A stretch of 64,000 nt of DNA, from contig CAYYIK010000007.1 in assembly GCA_964471955.1 (NCBI GenBank), positions 2,729 to 66,728 on the forward strand. The letters run 5' to 3'. Made by a program: the position numbers and the translations under genes. Positions 51,373 through 60,259 of this stretch are shown here, piece after piece. The stretch comes from an uncultured Thermoanaerobaculia bacterium. GTDB taxonomy: Bacteria; Acidobacteriota; Thermoanaerobaculia; Multivoradales; JAGPDF01. A model generated the notes under the pieces. The model had not been told where the DNA came from and made no database searches. It worked only from the letters and a program-made list of their open reading frames with translations. How positions within the stretch are numbered: the first letter of the stretch is position 1; each line of letters starts with the position of its first letter.

Positions 51373-54300
51373 TCACGGCAGCGGGCAGGCAGCGCCGCCC
51401 GGGGTATTGACGAAACCGCCGCCCGTAGGCACGGTATTCGACGCGATCGCCGAGGGCACTCCGTCTCCCGAGTTCCGCGCGATCAGGTAGTTCTGGACCG
51501 CGGTGTTGTCGTTGTTGGCGCCCGCGTATCCGCGCAGCGCAACGGTCGTCGCCTGCCGCTGGCGGAGTCGGATGTCTTCGCCTCCCGCCGGAATGTCGCT
51601 GGGCGCGCCCGCGGTCGAAACCGAGTTCTGGAGAGCCCCGGCTCCGCCCGCGTCGAGGCAGATCTGGTAGGTGTCTCCGGGCACTGTGCCGGCGTTCAGG
51701 TGAATCCCGTTCTTCGGGATCGAAGCGGTGGCCGGATTGGTACCCGGAAGCGTGATCAGATTGCCCGTGATCGTGGCGTTCAGGGCGCCGGGCTGCGCCG
51801 TCGCCCCGCCGCCAGTCAGCAGCTCGATGCCGAAGTTGTTGTACCAGCGGATCGTGTTGCCGCTGATCAGCGCGTCGATCGCCCCCTGGCCGACGCTCTG
51901 GATTTTGAGCGCCGATCCCTCCAGCGATCCGGAGTTGGGCGTCGCGGCCGCGCCGATCGTATTTCCCTGGAACGTCAGATCGAGGCTGCCCACGCCGGTC
52001 GGCTTGACGATCAACACCGCCGGCCCGACCGCGTCGCGGAAGCTGTTGTTCTGAACGACGAACGTGTCCGAGCTCGTGGCGCCGGCGAAGAAGGAAACTC
52101 CACCGCCGCCCGTCGCGATTCCGCCGTGGTTGTTGCTCAGCGTATTGCCCGTGAAGGCGAAGGTGAAGGCGCCGTTCGAGTTGTTGTTGACCTGGATCAG
52201 GTCGCCACGGGCGGACGTGAAGGCTCCATTCTGGACGGTGACGTTCATCGTCGCGCCAGCCGAACCGAGAGTCTCGAAGTAGGCCCCGTCGTTGCCGTCG
52301 GACAGGCTGTTGGCGCCGATCGTGACCCCGGAGAGAGTCACCGTGAGCGCTCCAGCGGTGTTGACGATCCTGAGATTGTCTTCGAAACCGCCGCTCACGT
52401 TGCAGTTCGTGAAGGTCGCCGTACCGGTCAGCTCGCTGAACCGGATACTCCCCTCGTCCGCCGCGGCGCTGTTGCCGTTGACGCCGTTGACGACGCTGTT
52501 GTCGAGGTTGAAACCCGTGACGGAAGCGCCGCGAATCGCGAAGTCGCCGAAGTCGTCGAGCTGCATCCAGGAGAACGACGGGTTCAGCGTGCTGGTGAGC
52601 GAGATACCGGTGCTCGTCGCGTTCCGAATCGTGCCGCCGGTCGCGGCCGAGCCCGTTCCGGAGACGATGAGCCTGCCTGCACCTCCCGTCGCATTGAGGA
52701 TCAGGCCGTTGGCCGGATCAGCAGCGGCCGTCGCATTTCCCGAGCTGATCGACCGGAAGCTCAGGTTCGAGGTCCCGATCGGCGTGCTGGTCACCCGCAA
52801 TGCGGTCGCGCTGACCGAGTCGATGGTGTTGATTCCGGTGATGTTCAAACCGAGCGCGTTGGTGTTGCTGGTCGCCGCGAAGCCCTCGCCGGTGGTGGTG
52901 TCGATGTCGAGTCCGCCGCTGAAGGTGATCGCCCGGCTGCCGGCGTTGCCGTTGAGCAGGATGCCGGCGCCGTTCTCGTCGACGGCGCCCGAGAGCAGCA
53001 AGTCGTCGCTCGCGTCGTCTCCGGCCCAGGTCGTGATCGAGACGGCTCGCGCCGTCGCCGAGTTGTTGGTGATCGTCCCGGCGTAGTTGATGCGGCCGTT
53101 GCCACCGCTGACGTTGAAAGCGGGTCCGGCCGCTCCCGCCGCGGTCGTGATCGTGCTGCCGGCGCCGGCGGTGAACTGGGCGTCGAAAGCCGGATTGATC
53201 GCGTCGAGCACCGTCGCCAGCGAGACGCCCGTCGTCGTCGTGTTCGTGCTCCGAATCGTGGTCAGCGGCAGCGAGGCGGTCAGGTTGGAAAGGTCGACCG
53301 CCGGACCGCCCGTCGCTTCCGCCATCCCCACGCCCGCGCCCACCGACACGCGCGTACCCGTTCCCGCACCGACGTTCACGGCGCCGGTGCCGCTGACGCG
53401 GATCGCGGCGCCGTTGTCGGCGAAGACGTCGAGGTCGGTGAAGGCGAGGTCGCCCGAGACGTTGGTCAGAACCAGACCGCTCGCGCCGACGCCGTTGCCC
53501 GGCGCGCCGACCACCGTGGCGCCGCCCGCGACCTGCTGATAGGCGCCTCCCGGCGTGGCGTCGAGCGTCAACGGACCCGTGAGCACCAGGCCCGAGCCGC
53601 CGGTGTTGCCGGAGACCACGTTGTCGTCGAAGGCCGTGACCTGAACGGTGCCGTTGGTCCTCGCCACGTCGAGGCCGGTGCCGCCGGCGGTGATGCTGTT
53701 GTCGTGGATCGAGAGCGTCAGCGTCCCGGTGCCGCCGGCGTTGACGTCGATCCCCTCGGCACCGGAGGCACGCACGGTGTTGTTCGCGATCGTCAAAGCG
53801 CCCGACCCGCCGAAGGCGCCGGTGAGCGTGACGTCGACGGCGTTCGCGTTGCCGGCCAGATTCAGGCCGACGATCTCGGTCGGGATCAGATCGGTGGCCA
53901 TCACCGCGCTGCCGCCGACCGTGGTGTTGTCGAGCATCGGCCGGGTACCCGGTGCGATCAGCACGACGGGCGAGGCACCGCCGTTCAGCACGACCGGGAT
54001 CGAGAGCCCCGCCCCTTCGCCCACCAGATGCTGACCCGCCTTGAGCGTGATGCCGGCGTTCTGCCCGGTGGTGGCGCCGTCGCCGTTGTAGACGAAGATC
54101 CAGTCGTTGGCACCCGAGGCGGTCTGCGCTTCGACCAGGGTGTCGAATGGATCGATCGAACGTCCGAGACCGCCGGCGGTCGCGTCGTTGCGGACGTACC
54201 AGACCCGCTGGAGGAACGAAATCGTCACCGTGCCCTGGACGCTCACGTCGCCGTCGGAGACGTTGTACGTGAAGCTGTCGTCGACCGTTCGCCCGGCCGG

Positions 54301-56514
54301 CGACGTGTAGCTGAACGTGCCGTCCGAGGCGACCGCGACCACCGCGCCGGCGGTCGCCGTACCGAGCGACGTGGTCAACGCCGCCGGGCCGTCCGGATCG
54401 CTGTCGTTGGCGAGCAGGTTCCCCGCCGCGAAGACGTAGGGACCGTTCGCGTCCGGCCCGGGATCGATTGCCGCGACCCGCAGCCGGGTGTTCGAAATCG
54501 TCTGGAACGACTCGCCGGTGATCACCGGAGGATCGTTGACCGGCGTAACGGTGACGCTCTTCGACGCCGTGTTGCTCGGATCGGCGCCGTCGTTCGCGAC
54601 GAAGGTGACGAGGCGGTCCGGCAGGGCCGTCGGGCTCTGGGAAGCGTTGGCGTAGAGGACCGAGCGCAGGCAGCCCTGGTAGACCGCGACCGTCGCCGTT
54701 CCCGAGATCGCCAGCGCGTGGCCCGGCGCGGAGACGACGAGGCCCGGGCAGGTTGTGCCCGGCGCAGCGACCGAGAGCGCCTCCTGGCCGCCGTTCTGCG
54801 GATTCGTCAGCGACACGATCGCCGAGACGAGATCCGCGTCGTCGGCGTCGGTGACGTTCAGCGCACCGTCGACCACCACCGCGCCGGCGTCTTCGACGAA
54901 CGAGGTCGCGCCGCCGCTGGTTGTGACCACCGGTACATCGTTGACCGCGGTGATCTCGACCGTCGACGTCGCGGCGGCGCTCGACTCGACGCCGTCGCTC
55001 GCGCTCCAGGTTACCGTGCGGTCGGACGGGTCGGGATCCTCCGAGCTGTTCTCGTAGGCGACCGAGCGCAGCGCCGCCTGCCAGGCAGCGACGGTATCGA
55101 GTCCGTTCAGGGCGAGGGTGCCGGTCGCCGGCGCGAAGACGCCGGTGATGCTGGGCGTGTTCGTGAACGACAGGACGTCTTCCCCGCTCTGGAAGTTGCC
55201 GGTGATCTGCACCGTCGCCGAGACCAGATTGGCGCTGTCGACGTCGCTGACCGTGAGCGCGGCGTCGACCGCGGTCGGCGGATCGTTCTCGGTGTAGGCG
55301 AGCGTGCCGCCGGCGACGACGACCGGCGGCGCGCGGTCGATCACGATCCGGGCGCGGGCCGTGGCCGGGCCGATCGGCGCGCCCGAGGCGTCCACCGTCG
55401 GGTCTCCCGCCGCCGCGGCGATCGTGTAGGCGAAGTCGTCGACGCCGTTGAAGCCGGCCGGCGGCGTGTAGACGAAGTGCCCGTCGGCGGCGACGTCGAC
55501 GCTGCCCCCCTGGCTGGTTGCCTGCCCCGCCGCCGGCACCGCGGCGAGCGAGTCGCCGTCCGGATCGGTGTCGTTGCCGAGCAGCGCGGGCAGCGCCGCC
55601 GTCGAGCTGTCGATCGGCTGGTCGGTGACCGTCCGGTAGACGTCGGGTCGTGCCAGCGGCGTCGTGCGCACCGAACCGGCGACCAGCGCCAGATTGGAGT
55701 CGAGGATGTCCGCGAGCTCGACGCCCGTGGCGCCGCCACCGGCGTTCGAGATCGTGATCCGGTAGCGAATGGTGTCTCCCGGCACGACCGCGCCGGGAAT
55801 CGGATCCCCGGCCGGCGTGCGGTCGACCTTGAGCGCCGCGAGTTCGGGAGCCGCCGTGCGCAGCTCCGAGAGCATCAGCGCCGGCGTCGCTTCCCCCGAC
55901 TCGACGCGAAGGACGATCGCGCCCACCGCGGAGAGATCCGCCGGCGTCGCCGCGCCGGGCGCCTGCGCCAGGCTCGAGAAGTCGACGAAGATGTCGACGG
56001 GAGCCGCGATCGCCGGCAGGACCAGGGCGCCGCGCGACACCGAATCGGCGTCCTCGTAGATCTCGAGCACCAGGGAGGTGCCCGCCGCCGCCGCGTCGAT
56101 GGTGAAACGGAAGGCGCCCGCGCCGCCGGCGGTCAGGTCGACGCCGCCCAGCCCGGCCGGGTCGATCGCGTCGGGGTCGCTGTCGCCGTCCCAGATCACG
56201 AAGACCGCACCGCGCGAGTCGGGCGTGGTCGCGGTGACGCCGACGTCCAGCGCGCCGCCCGCCACGCCGGCGGTGACCGGCCCCGCTCCGGCGAAGCGTT
56301 GCACCCGCAGTCCGCGGTTCTGACCGAGGATGTCGGCGCCGCCGGTGACCGCGTTGCTGGCGCCGCCGGGCGGATCCGAGATCACGGTCTGGTTGGTCGT
56401 GAACTGATCGACGACGACCTGGCCGGCGACCGGTGCGGCGGCCAGGACCAGTCCGGCGACGAGTGCGGCGAGCGCGGCGGGCCGTCGCGGCGAGGGTCTC
56501 ATGGCGCCTCTCAT
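51373..56514 (-). CDS. Giant secreted protein (1713 aa): unknown N-terminal domain, DUF11-like and cadherin/VCBS-like modules, then a long right-handed parallel beta-helix region
   Basis: The ATG overlaps the upstream stop (ATGA). Signal peptide RRPAALAALVAGLVLAAAPVAG. Modules seen: GDTIRYRITISNAGGGATGVELADIL (DUF11-like); NDTDPDGDSLAAV...GFNGVDDFAYTI (cadherin/VCBS-like); repeated ...VSDVDS.NLVSATV.I...AL.SV.Y.N... modules; and many Gly/Asn/Thr-rich beta-helix turns (NNTVRASGAEGIDVNAGGTGTLTLSIHDNSITAGGTGLDV). Confidence 0.85.
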   Translation of the reverse strand: MRGAMRPSPRRPAALAALVAGLVLAAAPVAGQVVVDQFTTNQTVISDPPGGASNAVTGGADILGQNRGLRVQRFAGAGPVTAGVAGGALDVGVTATTPDSRGAVFVIWDGDSDPDAIDPAGLGGVDLTAGGAGAFRFTIDAAAAGTSLVLEIYEDADSVSRGALVLPAIAAPVDIFVDFSSLAQAPGAATPADLSAVGAIVLRVESGEATPALMLSELRTAAPELAALKVDRTPAGDPIPGAVVPGDTIRYRITISNAGGGATGVELADILDSNLALVAGSVRTTPLARPDVYRTVTDQPIDSSTAALPALLGNDTDPDGDSLAAVPAAGQATSQGGSVDVAADGHFVYTPPAGFNGVDDFAYTIAAAAGDPTVDASGAPIGPATARARIVIDRAPPVVVAGGTLAYTENDPPTAVDAALTVSDVDSANLVSATVQITGNFQSGEDVLSFTNTPSITGVFAPATGTLALNGLDTVAAWQAALRSVAYENSSEDPDPSDRTVTWSASDGVESSAAATSTVEITAVNDVPVVTTSGGATSFVEDAGAVVVDGALNVTDADDADLVSAIVSLTNPQNGGQEALSVAAPGTTCPGLVVSAPGHALAISGTATVAVYQGCLRSVLYANASQSPTALPDRLVTFVANDGADPSNTASKSVTVTPVNDPPVITGESFQTISNTRLRVAAIDPGPDANGPYVFAAGNLLANDSDPDGPAALTTSLGTATAGAVVAVASDGTFSYTSPAGRTVDDSFTYNVSDGDVSVQGTVTISFLQRVWYVRNDATAGGLGRSIDPFDTLVEAQTASGANDWIFVYNGDGATTGQNAGITLKAGQHLVGEGAGLSIPVVLNGGASPVVLIAPGTRPMLDNTTVGGSAVMATDLIPTEIVGLNLAGNANAVDVTLTGAFGGSGALTIANNTVRASGAEGIDVNAGGTGTLTLSIHDNSITAGGTGLDVARTNGTVQVTAFDDNVVSGNTGGSGLVLTGPLTLDATPGGAYQQVAGGATVVGAPGNGVGASGLVLTNVSGDLAFTDLDVFADNGAAIRVSGTGAVNVGAGTGTRVSVGAGVGMAEATGGPAVDLSNLTASLPLTTIRSTNTTTTGVSLATVLDAINPAFDAQFTAGAGSTITTAAGAAGPAFNVSGGNGRINYAGTITNNSATARAVSITTWAGDDASDDLLLSGAVDENGAGILLNGNAGSRAITFSGGLDIDTTTGEGFAATSNTNALGLNITGINTIDSVSATALRVTSTPIGTSNLSFRSISSGNATAAADPANGLILNATGGAGRLIVSGTGSAATGGTIRNATSTGISLTSTLNPSFSWMQLDDFGDFAIRGASVTGFNLDNSVVNGVNGNSAAADEGSIRFSELTGTATFTNCNVSGGFEDNLRIVNTAGALTVTLSGVTIGANSLSDGNDGAYFETLGSAGATMNVTVQNGAFTSARGDLIQVNNNSNGAFTFAFTGNTLSNNHGGIATGGGGVSFFAGATSSDTFVVQNNSFRDAVGPAVLIVKPTGVGSLDLTFQGNTIGAAATPNSGSLEGSALKIQSVGQGAIDALISGNTIRWYNNFGIELLTGGGATAQPGALNATITGNLITLPGTNPATASIPKNGIHLNAGTVPGDTYQICLDAGGAGALQNSVSTAGAPSDIPAGGEDIRLRQRQATTVALRGYAGANNDNTAVQNYLIARNSGDGVPSAIASNTVPTGGGFVNTPGGAACPLP

Positions 56515-59444
56515 GGCACGACGGCGCTCCAGCGCGAGGTATCGCCCGTCTCGAATCCGTCATTGAACAGCAGCGGCGAGGGCCGCACGTAGAGCTGATC
56601 GAAGTGCGCGGTAAACAGGGCGTCCGTGGTTGTCCTGGCCTCGATCGTCCAGCGAGCCGAGGCGGTGCCGGCGGGCGCCCGCTGCGGGTCGACCAGTTCG
56701 AGCCAGGCTCCGGCCGAGTCGAAGAACGGCTGGGCGACTTCGACCGAACCCGCCGTTCCCGTGCAGCCGGCGCCGGTGAAGTACTCGACGCGTCGCGCCA
56801 CGGTCACCGGCGTGCCGGCGCTGGCGGCGATCCGCACGCGGGTCACCAGCTCATAGTCGGCGGCGACCAGCGGCGTGCACTGGGCGACGGAGAATTCCGA
56901 CGGACCCTGCGGCGGGCCGAGCAGCGGATCGATCCGCAGCGCCCCCGAGACCGGCGCGTCGTCGAGGTCGACGGCCGGATCGTGGATCACGTCGCCGGTG
57001 CCCTCGGGCGTCGCCTGCCAGGCCCGCAGGTCGCAGTCGAAGTGGCCGTTGAGCAGGCGATTGCCCGCATCGATCCGGAATCCGAGCTCGTGCTCGTCGT
57101 CGCCCGAGGGGGTCGAATCGCCGTCGAGCGGGTTGCCCGCGACGTCCTCGAGCGTCGGGCAGACCAGCAGCCGGTAGGGGCGGTCGCCGAGCGCTTCGCC
57201 GAAGGTCACGGTCGCGACCGACGGAGAAGCCTGATAGACGACTGCGGTGGCGTCGATCGCCACGTCGTCGCCGGCCGGTGGCCCGCACAGCGCGGTCGAG
57301 AACGCGCCGTCGGGACCGGTCGCGAACAGCCGGTAGTTGTCCGGGTTGGTGACGTCCTCGGGGTCGGCGTCGCCGGCCGGATCGGCCATCTCCTCGCTGA
57401 ATTCGAGCGCGAGCGCGGTCGGCGTGGCGAGCACCGTGTCGCACTCCGCGATCTCGCCGTCGGGGCTCGCGGGGACCGAGTCGACGATCACGATCGTCGG
57501 TGCGGTGAGGTCGAGCGCCACCGTCTCGCAGTCGTCGTTGTCGCCCGGGACCGGGTCGGGCCCGTTCGAGCCGTCGTCGGCGATCGAAGCGCAGTTGTCG
57601 ATCTCGGTCGTGCCCGGCGGCAGCGGGTCGTCGAGCTCGACGGCGAAGACGGCGATGCCCGCGCCGCCACCGCCATCGAGAGATCCGATCGCCAGATCAC
57701 AGGCGGTGCCGGCGGGTGCACCGTCGGCGCACGACCAGCCGGCGGTCGAGGCCGCGGCGTCGAAGGTGGTGTCGACCGGCACCGTCTCGGACAGGACGAC
57801 GCCGACAGCCGTCTGGTTGCCGGCGTTCGAATAGGCGAGATCGAAGGCGATCGTGTCACCCGGGAACGGCACGCCGCCCGAATAGCTCTTGACAATCGCC
57901 AGGTCCGGCGCGGCTTCGATCGGCGTGGAGTCCTCGGCGCCGTTGTCGCCCGGGTTCGGGTCGGCACCGTTGGCGCCGTCGTCGGCCACGCTGGCGACGT
58001 TGACCACCTCGCTGACGCCGGCGGGCAGCGGCGTCTCGACTTCGACGGCGAACGTCGTCGAGCCGCTCCCCCCGCCCGCCACCGCACCTACCGCGTACGT
58101 GCAGGCGGTGCCCTCGGGCGAGCCGTCCGGGCACGACCAGCCGGGCGTCGAAGCCGCGGCGTCGAAGACCGTGAACGGCGGCACGAGCTCCGACAGTACG
58201 ACGCCGGTCGCCCCCTGGTTGCCGCCGTTCGACCAACCAAGCGCGTACGGGATCGTGGAACCAGGAGTCGACGTGATCCCGCCGTCACTCTTGGTCAGCG
58301 CGAGGTCCGGCTGGGCGTCGACAGGCGTGGTGTCCGAGGCCGAGTTGTCGCCGGGATTCGGATCGGCGCCGTTGACGCCGTCGTCGGCGATCGAGGCCGT
58401 GTTGGCGATCTCGGTGACGCCGGCGGGGACCGGATTCGCGACGGTAACCGCGAAGGTCGCCGAGCCCGAGGCGCCGCCGCCGACGAGCGAACCGACCGCG
58501 AGCGTGCAGACCGCGCCCGGATTGCCGTCGGGGACGCACAGCCAGCCGGCCGTCGACGCGCCCGGGGCGAAGACCGCGTTGGCCGGAACGGTCTCGCTGA
58601 GCGTCACGCCGGTCGCCTCCTGATTGCCGTCGTTGGCGTAGGAGAGGACGTAGGCGACGGTCGCGCCCGGGACCGCCGAGATTCCGCCGTCGCTCTTGGC
58701 CAGGGTCAGGTCGGGCGCGGCGTCGACCGGAGTGGTGTCGGTCGAGCTGTTGTCGGCCGGCGTCGGGTCGGCGCCGTTGGCACCGTCGTCGGCGATCGTC
58801 GCCGTGTTCGAGATCTCGTCGAGCCCCGCCGGCACCGGCGAGTCCACAGTGACCGCGAAGGTCGCCGAACCCGCAGCGCCGCCGCCGGCGAGCCCGCCGA
58901 CCGTCAAGTTGCAGACCGACCCCGGGTTGGCGTCCGGAACGCAGATCCAGCCCGCGGTCGAGGCGCCGGCGTCGAAGGTGGTGCTCGCGGGCACCACTTC
59001 GCTCAGCGTCACGCCGCTCGCCGCCTGGTCGCCGTCGTTGGCGTAGGCGAGCAGGTAGGCGACGGTTCCGCCCGGAACGACCGAAACGCCGCCGTCGCTC
59101 TTGGCCAGGCTGAGATCCGGCTGGGCAACGACCGGTGTGAGGGTCGGGTCCTGGGCGCCCGGCTCGCCGGGATCGTCCGTGAGCAGCGTGGCGGCGTTGG
59201 TCGCCTGGATGGTCGCCTGATTGGTCACCTCGACGACTCCGGCCGGCAGCGGCGTGTCGACGGTCACCAGGAACTCGATGGTGACCGCGCTGCCTGCCGG
59301 CAGGATGCCGATCGACGTGTCCTGCGCCCACGCGGTCGCGGCGGCGCCGAAGGCCGCGCCTGCGATCAGCCATCTGCGAAGCCACGCGTGCCGCGAAACC
59401 AACCGCTCGCTCCTTCCGTCGACGACGGGATGCGGACGCAGCAT
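56511..59444 (-). CDS. Secreted DUF11-repeat protein (4 full and 1 partial repeat of about 133 aa) with an Ig-like and a CenC/CBM4_9-like domain and the C-terminal GFExGD-W tag
   Basis: ATG 59444 is preceded by GGAG; the track ORF starts at TTG 59468. Signal WLRRWLIAGAAFGAAATAWAQD. Repeats read PDL.LAKSDGG......G.TVAY.L.YAN.G.Q.A.GV.LSE.VP, each with two Cys. Then NGHFDCDLRAWQ (CBM-like). The protein ends LFNDGFETGDTSRWSAVVP. Confidence 0.88.
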   Translation of the reverse strand: MLRPHPVVDGRSERLVSRHAWLRRWLIAGAAFGAAATAWAQDTSIGILPAGSAVTIEFLVTVDTPLPAGVVEVTNQATIQATNAATLLTDDPGEPGAQDPTLTPVVAQPDLSLAKSDGGVSVVPGGTVAYLLAYANDGDQAASGVTLSEVVPASTTFDAGASTAGWICVPDANPGSVCNLTVGGLAGGGAAGSATFAVTVDSPVPAGLDEISNTATIADDGANGADPTPADNSSTDTTPVDAAPDLTLAKSDGGISAVPGATVAYVLSYANDGNQEATGVTLSETVPANAVFAPGASTAGWLCVPDGNPGAVCTLAVGSLVGGGASGSATFAVTVANPVPAGVTEIANTASIADDGVNGADPNPGDNSASDTTPVDAQPDLALTKSDGGITSTPGSTIPYALGWSNGGNQGATGVVLSELVPPFTVFDAAASTPGWSCPDGSPEGTACTYAVGAVAGGGSGSTTFAVEVETPLPAGVSEVVNVASVADDGANGADPNPGDNGAEDSTPIEAAPDLAIVKSYSGGVPFPGDTIAFDLAYSNAGNQTAVGVVLSETVPVDTTFDAAASTAGWSCADGAPAGTACDLAIGSLDGGGGAGIAVFAVELDDPLPPGTTEIDNCASIADDGSNGPDPVPGDNDDCETVALDLTAPTIVIVDSVPASPDGEIAECDTVLATPTALALEFSEEMADPAGDADPEDVTNPDNYRLFATGPDGAFSTALCGPPAGDDVAIDATAVVYQASPSVATVTFGEALGDRPYRLLVCPTLEDVAGNPLDGDSTPSGDDEHELGFRIDAGNRLLNGHFDCDLRAWQATPEGTGDVIHDPAVDLDDAPVSGALRIDPLLGPPQGPSEFSVAQCTPLVAADYELVTRVRIAASAGTPVTVARRVEYFTGAGCTGTAGSVEVAQPFFDSAGAWLELVDPQRAPAGTASARWTIEARTTTDALFTAHFDQLYVRPSPLLFNDGFETGDTSRWSAVVP

Positions 59445-59503
59445 AGAGACTCCGCAGGCGCGATACAAGCGTCACGCGACGGTTTCGTCGTGGCGCGCGC
59501 GGC

Positions 59504-59532
59504 TTGACGTGCGGAGAGCGACGCCGTACGGT
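59504..59532 (+). promoter_or_regulatory. Candidate sigma70-type promoter for the 59573 gene
   Basis: TTGACG (59504-59509), a 17-nt spacer, then TACGGT (59527-59532), about 40 nt upstream of ATG 59573 (SD GGAAGGGAG). Confidence 0.3.
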
Positions 59533-59572
59533 TGCCGCCGCCGCTGGGCGCGGCAACGCTGTGGAAGGGAGC

Positions 59573-60208
59573 ATGATGCCTACCGGAAGAGTCCTCAGTC
59601 TCCTCGTCGCCGGGCTGCTCGCCGCCGGGCAGCTGCGCGCCGCCGAGCTGCTGCCCAACGGTCGATTCGACGACCCGGGAACGGGAACCGCCGGCTGGGT
59701 GGCAGTCGATCCGTTCTCGAACCTCGCCTGGGACGGTAGCCGCGACGCCGATGGTTGCGCCGGCTCCGGCTCCGCCGCCCTGACCAACAGCGCCACTACT
59801 TCCGATGCCGGGGCGCGCTTCGCCAGCTGCGCCGCCGCGGTCCCCGGCGCCACGGATTACGGCTTCGGCGCCTCGATCCTCTTCCCGATGCAGGAGCGCG
59901 AGGGCTCGGCCTCCGTCGCCGTCCACTGGATCGAGGGTACGGGGTGTGCCGGCGCCGTGCTCGGCACTTCGAACACCCCCCCCGCGCTGTCGTCGATCGA
60001 AGAGGTGTGGATCTCCCTCGCCGGCACGGCGACGGCGCCGGCGGCGACCGGCAGCGCGCTGATCGTGGTAACCCTGACCAAGAAGGTCGGCGGCTCCGAA
60101 CTCACGGCGCGGCTCGACGAGGTGGCGCTGCGGCCGCCCGGCGAGATCTTCGGCGAGGGCTTCGAGGTTGGCGCCGTCTGTCGCTGGACCGCCGCTGCGA
60201 CCGACTGA
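59573..60208 (+). CDS. Small secreted CenC/CBM4_9-like protein with a variant of the C-terminal tag
   Basis: ATG 59573 within the track ORF 59504..60208; 211 aa. Signal peptide MMPTGRVLSLLVAGLLAAGQLRA. AELLPNGRFDDPGTGTAGW is a CBM-like start. The protein ends IFGEGFEVGAVCRWTAAATD. Confidence 0.8.
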   Translation: MMPTGRVLSLLVAGLLAAGQLRAAELLPNGRFDDPGTGTAGWVAVDPFSNLAWDGSRDADGCAGSGSAALTNSATTSDAGARFASCAAAVPGATDYGFGASILFPMQEREGSASVAVHWIEGTGCAGAVLGTSNTPPALSSIEEVWISLAGTATAPAATGSALIVVTLTKKVGGSELTARLDEVALRPPGEIFGEGFEVGAVCRWTAAATD

Positions 60209-60259
60209 GCCCACACCGGGCTTCCCCCGACTCGACACCCCGCCGTGCGCCGCCCGGGG

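Noticed and set aside
50908-56592. 1894-aa ORF on the plus strand opposite the giant beta-helix gene
   Set aside because: It is a shadow ORF. The minus-strand frame gives coherent repeat and domain structure, a signal peptide and operon coupling, whereas this frame is Arg/Asp/Gly-rich noise.
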